Shown: positions 1 to 10,280 of the stretch, in pieces
How positions within the stretch are numbered: the first letter of the stretch is position 1
How the letters are laid out: each line of letters begins with the position of its first letter
Assembly (NCBI GenBank): GCA_037446155.1
Contig: JBBIJE010000013.1
Location: 17,008-81,007, forward strand
DNA: 64,000 nucleotides
DNA from: Myxococcales bacterium
GTDB taxonomy: Bacteria > Desulfobacterota > Binatia > UTPRO1 > JBBIJE01
Reading direction: 5' to 3'
The notes under the pieces: model-generated
What the model was told of the DNA's origin: nothing
Databases searched by the model: none
What the model saw: only the letters and a program-made list of their open reading frames with translations
Program-made: the position numbers and the translations under genes

Positions 1-1
1 G

Positions 2-265
2 AGCGAGAAGCTGGTGGCGGAGCATTTGAGCACCGCCGGTATCCCCGACCCGGACCTCTTGATCAGGACAAGCGGCGAGATGCGCGTCAGTAACTTCCTT
101 CTCTGGCAGATCGCCTATTCGGAGATTTACGTGACGGATACCCTGTGGCCTGACTTCAGGGAGGAGGAGTTTCTCCTGGCGCTTCGGGACTTCCAGCAGC
201 GGGAGCGTCGTTTCGGTCGCGTGGGCGAGCACTCGGATCGGGATCGGGCAGGTGTTGCGCGCTAG
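2..265 (+). CDS. uppS: undecaprenyl diphosphate synthase, C-terminal fragment (5' end outside window)
   Basis: Translation has [25 protein letters not shown]...RERRFG, the conserved C-terminal cis-prenyltransferase motifs. The frame is open to the window edge. Confidence 0.9.
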   Translation, partial: SEKLVAEHLSTAGIPDPDLLIRTSGEMRVSNFLLWQIAYSEIYVTDTLWPDFREEEFLLALRDFQQRERRFGRVGEHSDRDRAGVAR

Positions 266-1052
266 GCTGGCGACCGCGGCCCTGGCGATCCCGCTGATCA
301 TCTGGATCGTAGCGCGGGGGCCGGCGTGGCTTTTCGCGACGGTGGTGAGCGCCTTCGCGCTGCTCGGCGTGGCCGAGTACTTCATGATGGCCTTCCCCGA
401 CTCCTCTCGTGCGCGCCCCGAGCGGGTGCTGGGGATCGGCGGCGGCGGCATGCTGATCGTAGCTTGTGCCGTAGGCCAACCGGAGCTCATCGGCCTCGTG
501 CTCGCTGCCTTCGTCGCTAGCGCCCTGGTTCTCACCTTGCTCCTTCGCACCGATGCGAAACAGGCTACGGCAAACGTGGGGCAGCTCGTGCTGGGCATCC
601 TGTACGCCGGGTTTCTTATGCCGCACCTGATTTGGCTGAGAGCGCTCGAGGGGGGGTGGCGTTGGGTATTCTATGCCTTAGCGATCGCGATGGCGGGAGA
701 TTCCGGGGCTTACTTCGGCGGCCGCTACCTGGGAAAGCACCGCCTGCTTCCCCGCATAAGTCCCGCCAAGACCGTCGAGGGGGCGGTGGCTGGGGTTTTG
801 TGCAGCTTGCTGGCTGCGGCCGTAGCCAAGCTGTTGATCTTGGGGCGGCACGGTTGGCAGGAGGTGATGGTGCTGGGTCTGGCGACGGCCATCGTGGCCC
901 AGTTGGGGGATCTTTGCGAGTCGATGCTAAAGCGCGCCTTTGGGGCCAAGGATTCCGGCTGGCTGCTTCCAGGCCACGGCGGGGTGCTCGATCGCACCGA
1001 CAGCCTCGTTTTTTCGGTCGCTCTGGTCTATTATTATTTGAGCTTCTCGTGA
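252..1052 (+). CDS. cdsA: phosphatidate cytidylyltransferase
   Basis: Polytopic membrane protein with the CdsA C-terminal signature [31 protein letters not shown] start overlaps the uppS stop. Confidence 0.9.
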   Translation: MLRARLATAALAIPLIIWIVARGPAWLFATVVSAFALLGVAEYFMMAFPDSSRARPERVLGIGGGGMLIVACAVGQPELIGLVLAAFVASALVLTLLLRTDAKQATANVGQLVLGILYAGFLMPHLIWLRALEGGWRWVFYALAIAMAGDSGAYFGGRYLGKHRLLPRISPAKTVEGAVAGVLCSLLAAAVAKLLILGRHGWQEVMVLGLATAIVAQLGDLCESMLKRAFGAKDSGWLLPGHGGVLDRTDSLVFSVALVYYYLSFS

Positions 1053-1084
1053 GAGGCGCTGACTGAACCAAGAAGGGCCCGCGT

Positions 1085-2158
1085 ATGACTACTATTTTTG
1101 CCGCCATCGTTGTGTTGGGGATCCTGATTTTCGTTCATGAGCTCGGCCATTTCCTGGTGGCCAAGCGCGTGGGCGTCGACGTGCTCAAGTTTTCGCTCGG
1201 TTTCGGGCCCAAGGTAGTCGGGTGGCGAGGCAAGACCACCCACTACGTGATAAGCGCAATCCCCTTGGGTGGATTCGTCAAGATGCTGGGGGAGGAGGAC
1301 GGGGCGGAAGTCCCCCCGGCCGACTTCGCCCGCTCGTTCGCCGGCCAGTCTGTCGGCGCACGAGCCGCCATCGTGGTGGCCGGCGCGGGCTTCAACCTGC
1401 TCTGCGCCTTTCTCGCCTTTGTGGTAAGCTTTGCCATTTTCGGGGCGGGGCAGTTGAGCGACCGCCCCCAGGTGGGGCGGGTGATCGAGGGCAAACCGGC
1501 TCAAGCGGCCGGCTTGCAGGAAGGGGACCTGGTCGTGGCGATCGACGGCAAGCCCATCGCCTCGTGGCAGGAACTCTCCGAGGCCGTACGTGCCAGCGGG
1601 GGAAAGCGACTCGAGCTTGCGGTCGAGAGGGCGAGAACGGGCGAGAAAGAGACGGTTTACGTCCTTCCGGAGATGGTTCCGGACCGAAACATGTACGGAG
1701 AGGAGCTGGGAAAGACCTGGGTGATCGGGATAGGGCGACCGGTGGAGGTCGAGCCGGTCGGGCTGCTCAGCGCGGTGGGCTTGGGTGCGTACCAGACGTA
1801 TTTTTGGGTAAAGATGACCGTCGTCACGCTCGGCAAGCTGGTTGCGGGCAGCATTTCGGCGAGGGATTTGGGCGGGCCGGTTTTGATAGTTCAGGCGGCG
1901 GGGCAGCAGGCCGAGCGCGGTATCGATTACCTTATCCGCTTTCTCGCCATCGTGAGTGTGAATCTTGCGGTCTTGAATCTCCTTCCGATCCCGATCCTCG
2001 ACGGCGGGCACCTGCTCTTTTTGGCTCTGGAGAAGGCGAGAGGCCGGCCCCTCAAGCTCCGCCACCGGGAGCTGGCGCAAACGGTCGGATTGGTCATCTT
2101 GGTGGCGCTCATGATCTTCGTTACCTTCAATGACGTCGCGCGAATCGTGCAGGGGTAG
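1085..2158 (+). CDS. rseP: RIP site-2 zinc metalloprotease (RseP family)
   Basis: N-terminal HELGH zinc motif, central PDZ-like segment and C-terminal NLLPIPILDGGH motif. Follows cdsA as in many bacteria. Confidence 0.9.
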   Translation: MTTIFAAIVVLGILIFVHELGHFLVAKRVGVDVLKFSLGFGPKVVGWRGKTTHYVISAIPLGGFVKMLGEEDGAEVPPADFARSFAGQSVGARAAIVVAGAGFNLLCAFLAFVVSFAIFGAGQLSDRPQVGRVIEGKPAQAAGLQEGDLVVAIDGKPIASWQELSEAVRASGGKRLELAVERARTGEKETVYVLPEMVPDRNMYGEELGKTWVIGIGRPVEVEPVGLLSAVGLGAYQTYFWVKMTVVTLGKLVAGSISARDLGGPVLIVQAAGQQAERGIDYLIRFLAIVSVNLAVLNLLPIPILDGGHLLFLALEKARGRPLKLRHRELAQTVGLVILVALMIFVTFNDVARIVQG

Positions 2159-2164
2159 CGCTAA

Positions 2165-2908
2165 ATGCGGATCCTCGGCATCGAGTGCGCCACCTGGTGG
2201 GGAAGCGTTGCGCTGGAAGAAGAGGGGAGGATCGTAGCGGAGATTTCCGGGCGCGCGCGGCGTAGTCACGCGGAGACGCTGCCCGATCTGGTCCGCACGG
2301 TGCTACAGAGAGCCGGGGCGCGCTTGGAGGCGGGCGACGCGATAGCGTTCTCGCAAGGCCCTGGCTCCTTTACCGGCCTTAGGATCGGTCTTGGCTTGGC
2401 GAAGGGGCTGGCGCTTGCGCTCCGCGCGAGGTTGATCGGCGTGCCGACGCTGGATGGGCTGGCGGTAGCCTCGCTTCCCTGGGAGGGGCGGCTTTGCGCG
2501 TGCTTGGATGCGCGCAAACAGGAGGTTTACGCGGCGCTTTACGAGCGCCGAAATGGTATGGTGGCCAAGATCACGAAAGACCTCGCGATCCCCCCCGCCG
2601 ATCTCGCGCGAGCGGTCGAAGGCGAGTGCACGTTCGTGGGGGATGCGGTTTGCGCTTACGGAGAGGTCTTTTCGCGCCTGCTCGGGCCTAGGGCCAAGCT
2701 CAGGCGATTCGACCTCTTTCCGCCGCGGGCGAGCGCGCTGTGCAGGCTTGCGCGGCTGAAGCTGGCCACCTGCGGCGGGCAAGACCCGCAAGTGGCAGAG
2801 CCCGTTTACGTCAGGCCGCCGCAAGCGGAGACCGAGCACGCGGGCTCTCCTCGCGCGTCGATAGAGGGCGTTGACAATGGGGAGGTCGTGTACTACGAGC
2901 ACGTTTAG
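2165..2908 (+). CDS. tsaB: tRNA threonylcarbamoyladenosine biosynthesis protein TsaB
   Basis: MRILGIECAT...FSQGPGSFTGLRIGLG is typical of the TsaB/YeaZ family. Confidence 0.85.
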   Translation: MRILGIECATWWGSVALEEEGRIVAEISGRARRSHAETLPDLVRTVLQRAGARLEAGDAIAFSQGPGSFTGLRIGLGLAKGLALALRARLIGVPTLDGLAVASLPWEGRLCACLDARKQEVYAALYERRNGMVAKITKDLAIPPADLARAVEGECTFVGDAVCAYGEVFSRLLGPRAKLRRFDLFPPRASALCRLARLKLATCGGQDPQVAEPVYVRPPQAETEHAGSPRASIEGVDNGEVVYYEHV

Positions 2909-3269
2909 GAGCCTGTTTGGAGAGGTGGACGCGGCAGGCGACGTGAAAAGGTCGAGATGCCAGGCGGCTGCCTAAGCCCGCAGGAGAAGGCCGCGGAAGC
3001 GGCGCGCCGGGGCGGGCAGAGCGGATGGCTTCGCCATTTCTGCAGGCTGCGGGGGGATTCTCCAAGGCCCCAATTGTCCGATCTTGCAGGCTCTCCAGCA
3101 GAGGGCTCCTCTTTCCTCTCGGTAGGATCCGCGCCAAAAGGCGCAAAGCAGGAGCTAGCTCACCCATCGCCAAGGGCGAGCCTGTCGCCAGCCCCACTCC
3201 CGCGCGCCTTGCCGCGGCTGGCGGGGTCGTTTTCGGGGGTAGTTGGTTTTTAGCCAAAGGAGTGGATAG

Positions 3270-3503
3270 ATGAACAAGAAGGATGAAGAGCTCATTCATT
3301 CACTGCTTGACGCGGACGGCGAGCTAAAACGATACTACGAGGAGCACGTCGAGCTCGAGAAGCGGCTCAGCGAGTACCAACGTAAGGCATACCTTACCAC
3401 GGAAGAGGAAATGGAAAAGAAGCGGCTGCAGAAATTGAAGCTTGCGGGCAAGGACAAGATCATGGAGATTCTGGCGAGACACCGGGCACAGCCTAATGCG
3501 TAG
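3270..3503 (+). CDS. DUF465/YdcH-like small coiled-coil protein
   Basis: 77 aa; the L..Y.EH..LEKRL..........EE...K.LKK.KL..KD.I pattern is characteristic of DUF465. AAAGGAG Shine-Dalgarno lies upstream of the ATG. Confidence 0.7.
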   Translation: MNKKDEELIHSLLDADGELKRYYEEHVELEKRLSEYQRKAYLTTEEEMEKKRLQKLKLAGKDKIMEILARHRAQPNA

Positions 3504-5169
3504 CGACGCGATAAAAAAAGGGATCGAGCGAGCCCCGCATCGCAGTCTTCTTCGAGCTTGCGGGGTCGGCGAAGAGGACTTCGAGAAGCCCTTCATCGGT
3601 GTCGCCAACTCTTTTTGCGAGATCGTGCCGGGCCACGTGCACCTGCGCGAGCTGGCCGCGGTGGTCAAGGATGCCATACGGGCGGCCGGAGGCGTTCCGT
3701 TCGAATTCAATACCATCGCGGTGGACGATGGGATAGCGATGGGCCACCTCGGGATGAAATATTCGCTGCCCTCGCGGGAGCTGATCGCCGATTCCGTGGA
3801 GACCATGGCCATGGCGCATCGCTTCGATGGCATGGTCTGCATTCCCAACTGCGACAAGATCGTTCCCGGGATGCTGATGGCGGCCATGCGGGTCAACATC
3901 CCCACTATTTTCGTGAGCGGCGGGCCGATGGCGGCGGGCCGGAGCGAGAGCGGCGAGGCGCTCGACCTGATCAGCGTGTTCGAGGGCGTGGGTCAGCTCA
4001 GCGCCGGCAAGATCACGGAAGAGAAGCTCAAGGAGATCGAGATCAAGAGTTGCCCGACCTGCGGGTCCTGTGCCGGCCTCTTTACCGCCAATTCGATGAA
4101 CTGCTTGATGGAGGCGCTCGGCATGGCGCTGCCCGGAAACGGCACGGCCCTGGCCCTTTCGGCAGAGAGGCAAGAGCTCGCAAAGCGGGCCGGCCGGCAG
4201 ATCCTCGAGCTCGTGAAGCGAGACCTCAAGCCGCGGGATATCGTGACGGAAGCCTCGGTAGACAACGCCCTGGCGCTCGATGCGGCCATGGGCGGATCTA
4301 CCAATACGGTTCTCCATACACTGGCGATCGCGAGCGAGGCGGGGCTTTCCTATTCTCTTGAGCGGCTTGAGGGAGTGATGGCCAGGACGCCCACGCTTTG
4401 CAAGATCGCACCGGCGTCGCGCTATCACATGGAGGATCTGCGCGACGCGGGGGGCGTAAGCGCCGTGTTGAAGGAGCTTTCCCGGGGCGAAGGTCTGCTG
4501 GCGCTCGAGGAGATGACCGTGACGGGCCAGACGCTGGGGCGCAACATCGCCGCTGCCGCGGTGGCCGATCCGGAGGTGATTCGGCCCCTGAGTTCCCCCT
4601 ACAGCGCCTCGGGCGGCTTGGCGGTGCTCTTCGGCAATCTTGCGCCCGACGGCGCGGTGGTAAAAACCGGCGCTGTCGATCCCGACGTGCGCCGCCACCG
4701 CGGGCCCGCGGTGATCTTCGAAAGCGAAGAGGAAGCGTGCGCGGGGATTTTGCGCGGCAAGGTCAAGAAGGGGGACGTGGTAGTGATTCGGTACGAGGGC
4801 CCCAAGGGTGGCCCCGGCATGCAGGAGATGCTGGCGCCGACGGCGAGCGTGGTCGGGCGCGGCCTGGGTAAAGATGTCGCCCTCATCACCGACGGGCGCT
4901 TTTCCGGCGGAACGCGGGGCCTGTGCATCGGCCACATCTGCCCGGAGGCCGCCGATGGCGGCCCCATAGCGCTCTTGCGCGAAGGGGACATGATTACCGT
5001 GGATTTGGATACCCGACGGCTCGATGTCGAGCTCGGCGAAGAGGAGCTGGCGAGAAGAAGGGCGGCGCTCCCCCCCTTCGAGCCGCGCATACGCTCTGGG
5101 TACCTGCGCCGCTATGCCACCATGGTGGGGCCGGCGAGCGGCGGCGCCATTCTCGCTGCGAGGCCATGA
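3496..5169 (+). CDS. ilvD: dihydroxy-acid dehydratase
   Basis: From the internal ATG at 3496: [19 protein letters not shown]..., [12 protein letters not shown], Fe-S cysteines, GGPGMQEML. The longer ORF from 3442 overlaps the upstream gene and is probably not used. Confidence 0.93.
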   Translation: MRSDAIKKGIERAPHRSLLRACGVGEEDFEKPFIGVANSFCEIVPGHVHLRELAAVVKDAIRAAGGVPFEFNTIAVDDGIAMGHLGMKYSLPSRELIADSVETMAMAHRFDGMVCIPNCDKIVPGMLMAAMRVNIPTIFVSGGPMAAGRSESGEALDLISVFEGVGQLSAGKITEEKLKEIEIKSCPTCGSCAGLFTANSMNCLMEALGMALPGNGTALALSAERQELAKRAGRQILELVKRDLKPRDIVTEASVDNALALDAAMGGSTNTVLHTLAIASEAGLSYSLERLEGVMARTPTLCKIAPASRYHMEDLRDAGGVSAVLKELSRGEGLLALEEMTVTGQTLGRNIAAAAVADPEVIRPLSSPYSASGGLAVLFGNLAPDGAVVKTGAVDPDVRRHRGPAVIFESEEEACAGILRGKVKKGDVVVIRYEGPKGGPGMQEMLAPTASVVGRGLGKDVALITDGRFSGGTRGLCIGHICPEAADGGPIALLREGDMITVDLDTRRLDVELGEEELARRRAALPPFEPRIRSGYLRRYATMVGPASGGAILAARP

Positions 5170-5681
5170 GGCGCCATATCATCTCGATCCTCGTCGAAAA
5201 CGAATTCGGGGTCTTGGCCCGGGTTGCCGGGCTCTTTAGCGGGCGCGGCTACAACATAGAGAGCCTGTCGGTGGCCGAGACCATGGACCCCACGGTTTCG
5301 CGCATCACCCTGGTGAGCAGTGGCGACGATCACGTGCTCGAGCAGATCGTGAAGCAGCTAAACAAGCTCATCTGCGTCATCAAGGTTTCGGATTTCCAGG
5401 ACACGGATTACGTCGAACGGGAGCTTTGCCTCGTCAAAGTGGGAGTGAGCGAGAACGACCGGGCGCAGCTCATGAACATCGTAAACATCTTCCGCGCCAA
5501 GGTCATCGACGTGGGACCGCGCTCCTATGTGATCGAAGTTACGGGTACCGAGGACAAGATCAACGCCATGCTGCAGTTGCTCAAACCCTTCGGCATTCGG
5601 GAGATGGCACGGACCGGCAAGGCCGCGTTGGTGCGCAGCATGCAGCATGGCGGCAGAGGCGAGAGGGAGAAGGCCGTATGA
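5166..5681 (+). CDS. ilvN: acetolactate synthase small (regulatory) subunit
   Basis: [36 protein letters not shown] is an ACT-domain IlvN/IlvH. The ATG overlaps the ilvD stop as ATGA. Confidence 0.92.
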   Translation: MRRHIISILVENEFGVLARVAGLFSGRGYNIESLSVAETMDPTVSRITLVSSGDDHVLEQIVKQLNKLICVIKVSDFQDTDYVERELCLVKVGVSENDRAQLMNIVNIFRAKVIDVGPRSYVIEVTGTEDKINAMLQLLKPFGIREMARTGKAALVRSMQHGGRGEREKAV

Positions 5682-6694
5682 GGGTGTTCACCGACAAAGA
5701 CATCGACCAGAGTCTCATCGAGGGCAAGAAAGTGGCGATCATCGGCTACGGCAGCCAGGGCCACGCGCACGCTCAGAACTTGCGCGACAGCGGCGTCGAG
5801 GTGGTGGTCGGGGAGGTGCGTGACGGGGAGAACTGGCGCAAAGCGGCGGCCGACGGCTTCGAGGTGTCGGAGGCGAGGCAGGCGGCCAAGGGGGCCGATG
5901 TCGTCATGCTTCTCGTTCCCGACGAGGTGGCAAGCCGCGTCTACGGCGCGGAGCTGCAATTCGAGCTCGAGCCGGGGAACTACCTAGCCGTGGCCCACGG
6001 CTTCAACATTCACTTCAAGAAGATCTTGCCCCCACAGGGAGTGAACGTCTTCATGGTGGCGCCGAAGGGCCCCGGGCATCTGGTGCGCAGCCAGTACGTC
6101 AAGGGCGAGGGGGTGCCGTGTCTGGTGGCCGTGGCGCAGGATCCGAGCGGCGATACGCTGCAAGTGGCTCTAGCCTACGCGGGTGCGATCGGTGGCGGGC
6201 GGGCCGCGGTATTGGAGACCACTTTTCGCGAGGAGACCGAGACCGACCTGTTCGGCGAGCAGGCCGTGCTCTGCGGCGGGTTGACCGAGCTCATCCGCGC
6301 CGGTTTCGAGACCCTTGTCGAAGCGGGCTACAGCCCCGAGCTCGCCTACTTCGAATGCGTGCACGAGGTCAAGCTCATCGTCGACTTGATCTACGAGGGC
6401 GGGATCGCCAACATGCGCTATTCGATCAGCAACACCGCCGAGTACGGCGATTTGACCCGGGGAAAGCGGGTCATCGGACCCGAGGCGAGGCGGGCCATGA
6501 AGGAGCTTTTGGCGGAGATTCAAAGCGGTAAGTTCGCCGAGGAGTGGATCCAGGAGTTCGAGTGCGGGCTGCCCCACTTCCGCGAGCTCAGAAACGAGGC
6601 GCAGAAGCACCAGATCGAGGAGGTGGGAGCCAGGATGCGCGCGCTCATGCCCTGGCTGGCGCGCCAGAGGTTGGTAGACAAGGCCAAGAACTAA
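5678..6694 (+). CDS. ilvC: ketol-acid reductoisomerase
   Basis: MRVFTDKD...[21 protein letters not shown] is a class I KARI. The ATG overlaps the ilvN stop as ATGA. Confidence 0.95.
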   Translation: MRVFTDKDIDQSLIEGKKVAIIGYGSQGHAHAQNLRDSGVEVVVGEVRDGENWRKAAADGFEVSEARQAAKGADVVMLLVPDEVASRVYGAELQFELEPGNYLAVAHGFNIHFKKILPPQGVNVFMVAPKGPGHLVRSQYVKGEGVPCLVAVAQDPSGDTLQVALAYAGAIGGGRAAVLETTFREETETDLFGEQAVLCGGLTELIRAGFETLVEAGYSPELAYFECVHEVKLIVDLIYEGGIANMRYSISNTAEYGDLTRGKRVIGPEARRAMKELLAEIQSGKFAEEWIQEFECGLPHFRELRNEAQKHQIEEVGARMRALMPWLARQRLVDKAKN

Positions 6695-6702
6695 AGGCTG
6701 GC

Positions 6703-7335
6703 GTGGGGATAGCCAAGGAAGGGTATCCTTTTATCAGCGTGGCCGGAGGGGCGGCTGCTGCAACCTACGCGCTCGGGTTCACGGCAGCGGCCTGGGCAGC
6801 CTTGATGGCCTCCCTCTTTTTCGTCTTTTTCTTTCGCGATCCTAAGCGACAGACGCCCCCGGGAGATGCCATCGTGGCCGCGCCCGCCGACGGCCGGGTG
6901 ATCGAAGTGCAAAGGGGGGTGAAAAACGCCAAGCTTGGTAGTGAGGAGTACCAGAAGGTGAGCATCTTTATGTCGCCTCTGGACGTGCACGTCAATCGCG
7001 CCCCGATAAGCGGCATGGTGGCGTCGGTGGAGCATAGGCCGGGCCAGTTCAGGGCGGCCTTCCGGGGCAAATCCTCCGAGCTTAACGAGCACACGGCCGT
7101 CGTTTTGGAGCCCGGGGTGGGGGCGCCGGTTATGTTCGTGCAAATTGCCGGTTGGCTGGCCAGGCGCATCGTGTGCAATTTGCGGGTCGGGCAGAGGGTG
7201 GAAAGAGGGCAGCGGGTTGGTATGATAATGTTCGGCTCGCGGGTGGATCTCTACCTGCCCTCGCAGGTGCGCCTCGAGGTCGCGGTGGGCAGCAGGGTTA
7301 AAGCCGGCGAGAGCGTAGTGGGAGAGTACCGATGA
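6703..7335 (+). CDS. psd: phosphatidylserine decarboxylase proenzyme (short form)
   Basis: FFRDP.R, MSPLDVHVNRAP and the FGSR self-cleavage site match Psd. GTG at 6703 is the first start after the ilvC stop. Confidence 0.85.
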   Translation: MGIAKEGYPFISVAGGAAAATYALGFTAAAWAALMASLFFVFFFRDPKRQTPPGDAIVAAPADGRVIEVQRGVKNAKLGSEEYQKVSIFMSPLDVHVNRAPISGMVASVEHRPGQFRAAFRGKSSELNEHTAVVLEPGVGAPVMFVQIAGWLARRIVCNLRVGQRVERGQRVGMIMFGSRVDLYLPSQVRLEVAVGSRVKAGESVVGEYR

Positions 7336-8189
7336 GGCTGGGAGCAAAGGTGAGGCCGGTTAAGTTCTTGCGGGAGGCGCGCAGGCGGCGGGCGCTGGAA
7401 GCCGCGGAGCAGGGGGAGCTCCTGCCCCCCCACAAGGGCGTCTATCTCATCCCCAATCTTCTCACCACGGCGGGGCTTTTTTGCGGCTTCTTCGGGTTGA
7501 TCGCCGCCATCGGAGGCAGGTACCAGGTTGCGGCGGTGGCCATTTTGGTGGCGCACGTTTTCGACGGGCTCGACGGGCGGCTTGCACGGCTTACCCGTTC
7601 GACGAGCCGTTTCGGTGTGGAGTACGATTCGCTTTCCGACCTGGTGGCCTTCGGGGTCGCCCCGGGTGTGCTCGCCTACAAATGGGCGCTCGAGCCGCTC
7701 GGGCACTGGGGTTGGCTTGCGGCCGCGCTCTACGTCACTTGCGCCGCGCTTAGGCTTGCGCGTTTCAACGTCCAAATCGGCACGGTCGAAAAGAGGCGCT
7801 TCGTGGGGTTGCCGGTTCCGGCCGCCGCCGACATGATTGCCGCGAGCGTTCTTCTCTATTATTATTTAGTCGAGCTTACCGCGGGCGAGCCTTTGGCTTT
7901 CGTTTGGCGCGAACTCCTCATCCTCGGCCTTACTTACGCGCTCGGTGCGCTTATGGTAAGCAACATCAAGTACTTGAGCTTCAAGGGGATGAGGTTGCGC
8001 GACCGCCAGCCCTTCTGGGCGCTGGTGGTCGGCATCTTGGGCCTAAAGCTCGTCATCGCGGAGCCACAGGTTGTCCTCTTCGCCGGATGCTCGATTTACA
8101 TGCTCTCCGGCCCGGCGGCCTGGCTGTGGGGCTGGCGCGGCAGGAGGCGGCTGCGGGAAGCGCAAGCGGCGGCCCGCGCGGCGATGTGA
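7332..8189 (+). CDS. pssA: CDP-diacylglycerol--serine O-phosphatidyltransferase
   Basis: Carries the CDP-alcohol phosphatidyltransferase motif DGLDGRLAR...G.EYDSLSDLV. The ATG overlaps the psd stop as ATGA. Confidence 0.88.
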   Translation: MRLGAKVRPVKFLREARRRRALEAAEQGELLPPHKGVYLIPNLLTTAGLFCGFFGLIAAIGGRYQVAAVAILVAHVFDGLDGRLARLTRSTSRFGVEYDSLSDLVAFGVAPGVLAYKWALEPLGHWGWLAAALYVTCAALRLARFNVQIGTVEKRRFVGLPVPAAADMIAASVLLYYYLVELTAGEPLAFVWRELLILGLTYALGALMVSNIKYLSFKGMRLRDRQPFWALVVGILGLKLVIAEPQVVLFAGCSIYMLSGPAAWLWGWRGRRRLREAQAAARAAM

Positions 8190-8214
8190 TCGCTCCCGGG
8201 CACCGGGCAAGCGG

Positions 8215-8252
8215 CTCCCGCTGGTGACCTGGCCACGCGGGAGTTTTTGTTT
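8215..8252 (+). terminator. rho-independent terminator, possibly an attenuator, between pssA and leuA
   Basis: CTCCCGC (8215-8221) pairs with GCGGGAG (8237-8243), with extra inner pairs, and is followed directly by TTTTTGTTT (8244-8252). Confidence 0.65.
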
Positions 8253-8274
8253 CGGATGGATCGTGAGGATCGAA

Positions 8275-9816
8275 ATGACTGATACGGTTAGGATATTCGA
8301 TACCACGCTGCGAGACGGCGAGCAGTCGCCGGGCGCGACCATGTACACCGACGAGAAGGTCATGATGGCCCGGCAACTGGAGCGGCTCGGAGTGGATGTC
8401 ATCGAGGCCGGCTTTGCGGCTTCCTCGGAGGGGGATTTCGAGGCGGTATCGCGGGTGGCCGAGGCGGTCTCGAAGCCGGTCGTCTTGAGCCTCGCCCGCA
8501 CCAGGGAACAGGATATAGAGCGCGCGGTGAAGGCGGTGGAGCGGGCGCGCAATCCGGGGATTCACGTTTTCATCGCCACCTCGGACATTCACCTCGAGCA
8601 CAAGCTCATGATGAGTCGCCAGGAGGTGTTGGATGCGGCAGCCTGGGCGGTCGGGCTGGCCAAGAAATATATCGATTACGTCGAGTTTTCCGCCGAGGAC
8701 GCTTCGCGAAGCGACGTCGAGTACCTGAAGCAAGTTCTCGCCGAAGCGATCCGGGCGGGAGCCACGGTCGTCAACGTTCCCGATACCACCGGATACGCGA
8801 TTCCGGAGGAGTTCGGCGCGCTCTTCCGCCGCCTCATTTCCGAGACCCCCGGCGCCGATAGAGTCATCTGGAGCGTGCACTGCCACAACGATCTGGGGCT
8901 TGCGGTGGCGAACTCGCTTGCGGCCGTTAGAGCGGGGGCGCGTCAAGTGGAATGCACCGTGAACGGCATCGGGGAGAGGGCCGGAAATACCTCGCTCGAG
9001 GAGGTGGTCATGGCGCTTAGGACGAGGCGGGATTTCCTCGGCCTCGCCACCAATATCGTAACCGAGCAGATCTACCCCTCCAGCCGCTTGCTTTCACAGA
9101 TTACCGGGATCTCCGTCCCGCTGAACAAGCCGGTGGTGGGGCGAAACGCATTCGCTCACGAGTCCGGGATTCACCAGGACGGCGTGCTGAAGTACCAGAT
9201 GACTTACGAGATCATGCGGCCGGAGGCGGTCGGGATATCCTCCAACCGGCTGGTCCTGGGGAAGCACTCGGGAAGACACGCCTTCGTGGAGCGGTTAAAG
9301 AGCCTGGGGGTGGAGATCCCCGGGATCGACGTGAACCAGGCGTTCGAGCGCTTCAAGGCGTTGGCGGACAAGAAAAAGGAGATATACGACGAGGATCTTC
9401 TCAGCATCGTCGCCGAGCAGGTGACGAAGGTGCCGGAGCGCTACGAGCTCGTCTATCTCAACGTCACCTCCTCGAGCGAGGCGATCCCGCACGCGACGGT
9501 GAAGCTCAAGATCGACGGCGAGATCCACCTCGAAAACGCGATCGGCGACGGCATGGTGGACGCCTGCTACAAGGCGATCGCCAAGGCTACCGGCACGGGC
9601 TGCCGGCTCGAGCGCTACTCGGTGAAGGCCATAACCGGAGGCGCCGACGCCCAGGGAGAGGTGGCGTGCGTTTTGCGCGACGGGGAGATTACCGTTACCG
9701 GCATTGGATCCCATACCGACATCATTCAGGCGAGCGCTCTGGCTTACATCAATGCGCTCAACCGACTGGAGTGCAGGAAAAAGTACCAGCAGGCCTTCAA
9801 GATGAGAGGGGTCTAG
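8275..9816 (+). CDS. leuA: 2-isopropylmalate synthase
   Basis: From the ATG at 8275: MTDTVRIFDTTLRDGEQSPGA, HCHNDLGLAVANSLAA, and a C-terminal LeuA dimer/regulatory domain. Confidence 0.92.
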   Translation: MTDTVRIFDTTLRDGEQSPGATMYTDEKVMMARQLERLGVDVIEAGFAASSEGDFEAVSRVAEAVSKPVVLSLARTREQDIERAVKAVERARNPGIHVFIATSDIHLEHKLMMSRQEVLDAAAWAVGLAKKYIDYVEFSAEDASRSDVEYLKQVLAEAIRAGATVVNVPDTTGYAIPEEFGALFRRLISETPGADRVIWSVHCHNDLGLAVANSLAAVRAGARQVECTVNGIGERAGNTSLEEVVMALRTRRDFLGLATNIVTEQIYPSSRLLSQITGISVPLNKPVVGRNAFAHESGIHQDGVLKYQMTYEIMRPEAVGISSNRLVLGKHSGRHAFVERLKSLGVEIPGIDVNQAFERFKALADKKKEIYDEDLLSIVAEQVTKVPERYELVYLNVTSSSEAIPHATVKLKIDGEIHLENAIGDGMVDACYKAIAKATGTGCRLERYSVKAITGGADAQGEVACVLRDGEITVTGIGSHTDIIQASALAYINALNRLECRKKYQQAFKMRGV

Positions 9817-9818
9817 GG

Positions 9819-10280
9819 GTGAAAGCCGAAGGGTCGCCGTACCCGGCGGGCCTTCCCGCCCCCCTGGGGCAGATCGCTTTGTGGTATCTTCCACCCGCGG
9901 CCGCAGGCGCCCTGGTACAGCTTCTGACCGCCTACGGGGGCTTCGGCACCCTTGCGGACGCGGCCACGCTGGCGGGCGGGGCGGCAATGTTCGGTGCCGC
10001 AGGTATTTTGGCGCTCGTCGTCGTAAGATATGGCCGGCAGACGAGCAAAGAGGCGCGGCGGCGGGCGAATCACCTGAGGGCGCTCGGGTTGGGGTCGCTT
10101 GTCGGCGGCTACCTGCTCTCGCCCGCTGGGGTCGCCAGTGCAGGGCCAGATGCCGCGGTGGGGGGTACCCTGGTGCTTGTGGGTGCGCTGGGGTGGGCGC
10201 TTTGGCTCGAGCGCGAGTGGCGAGGAACGAACACGAACGGGCGGGCGAGAGAGAGGGGTTCGCGATGGCGCTCACGATAA
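9819..10280 (+). CDS. hypothetical small membrane protein (about four hydrophobic segments)
   Basis: GTG right after the leuA stop opens a 153-codon frame with a strong G/C third-position bias and four hydrophobic stretches. It fills the otherwise unexplained 448 bp leuA-leuC gap. No family recognised. Confidence 0.5.
   Translation: MKAEGSPYPAGLPAPLGQIALWYLPPAAAGALVQLLTAYGGFGTLADAATLAGGAAMFGAAGILALVVVRYGRQTSKEARRRANHLRALGLGSLVGGYLLSPAGVASAGPDAAVGGTLVLVGALGWALWLEREWRGTNTNGRARERGSRWRSR

Noticed and set aside
1053-1084. Apparent absence of dxr between cdsA and rseP.
   Set aside because: The position of dxr varies; in E. coli it lies upstream of uppS. It may sit just outside the window, so this is not informative.
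1034-2269. 411 aa ORF on the minus strand opposite rseP. Many similar long antisense or out-of-frame ORFs exist, for example 3493-4935(-), 8053-8946(-), 9295-10458(-) and 11916-13157(-).
   Set aside because: They overlap genes with strong family motifs and have Arg/Pro/Gly-rich low-complexity translations typical of stop-codon-poor high-G+C DNA. No recognisable domains.
2909-3269. Possible SRP RNA, 6S RNA or tmRNA in the tsaB-DUF465 gap (a GGAA tetraloop hairpin is present).
   Set aside because: The conserved SRP domain IV motif around the tetraloop (..GGAAGCAGC..), the tmRNA tag and T-arm-like end, and RNase P motifs are all absent. It is retained only as a low-interest unknown.
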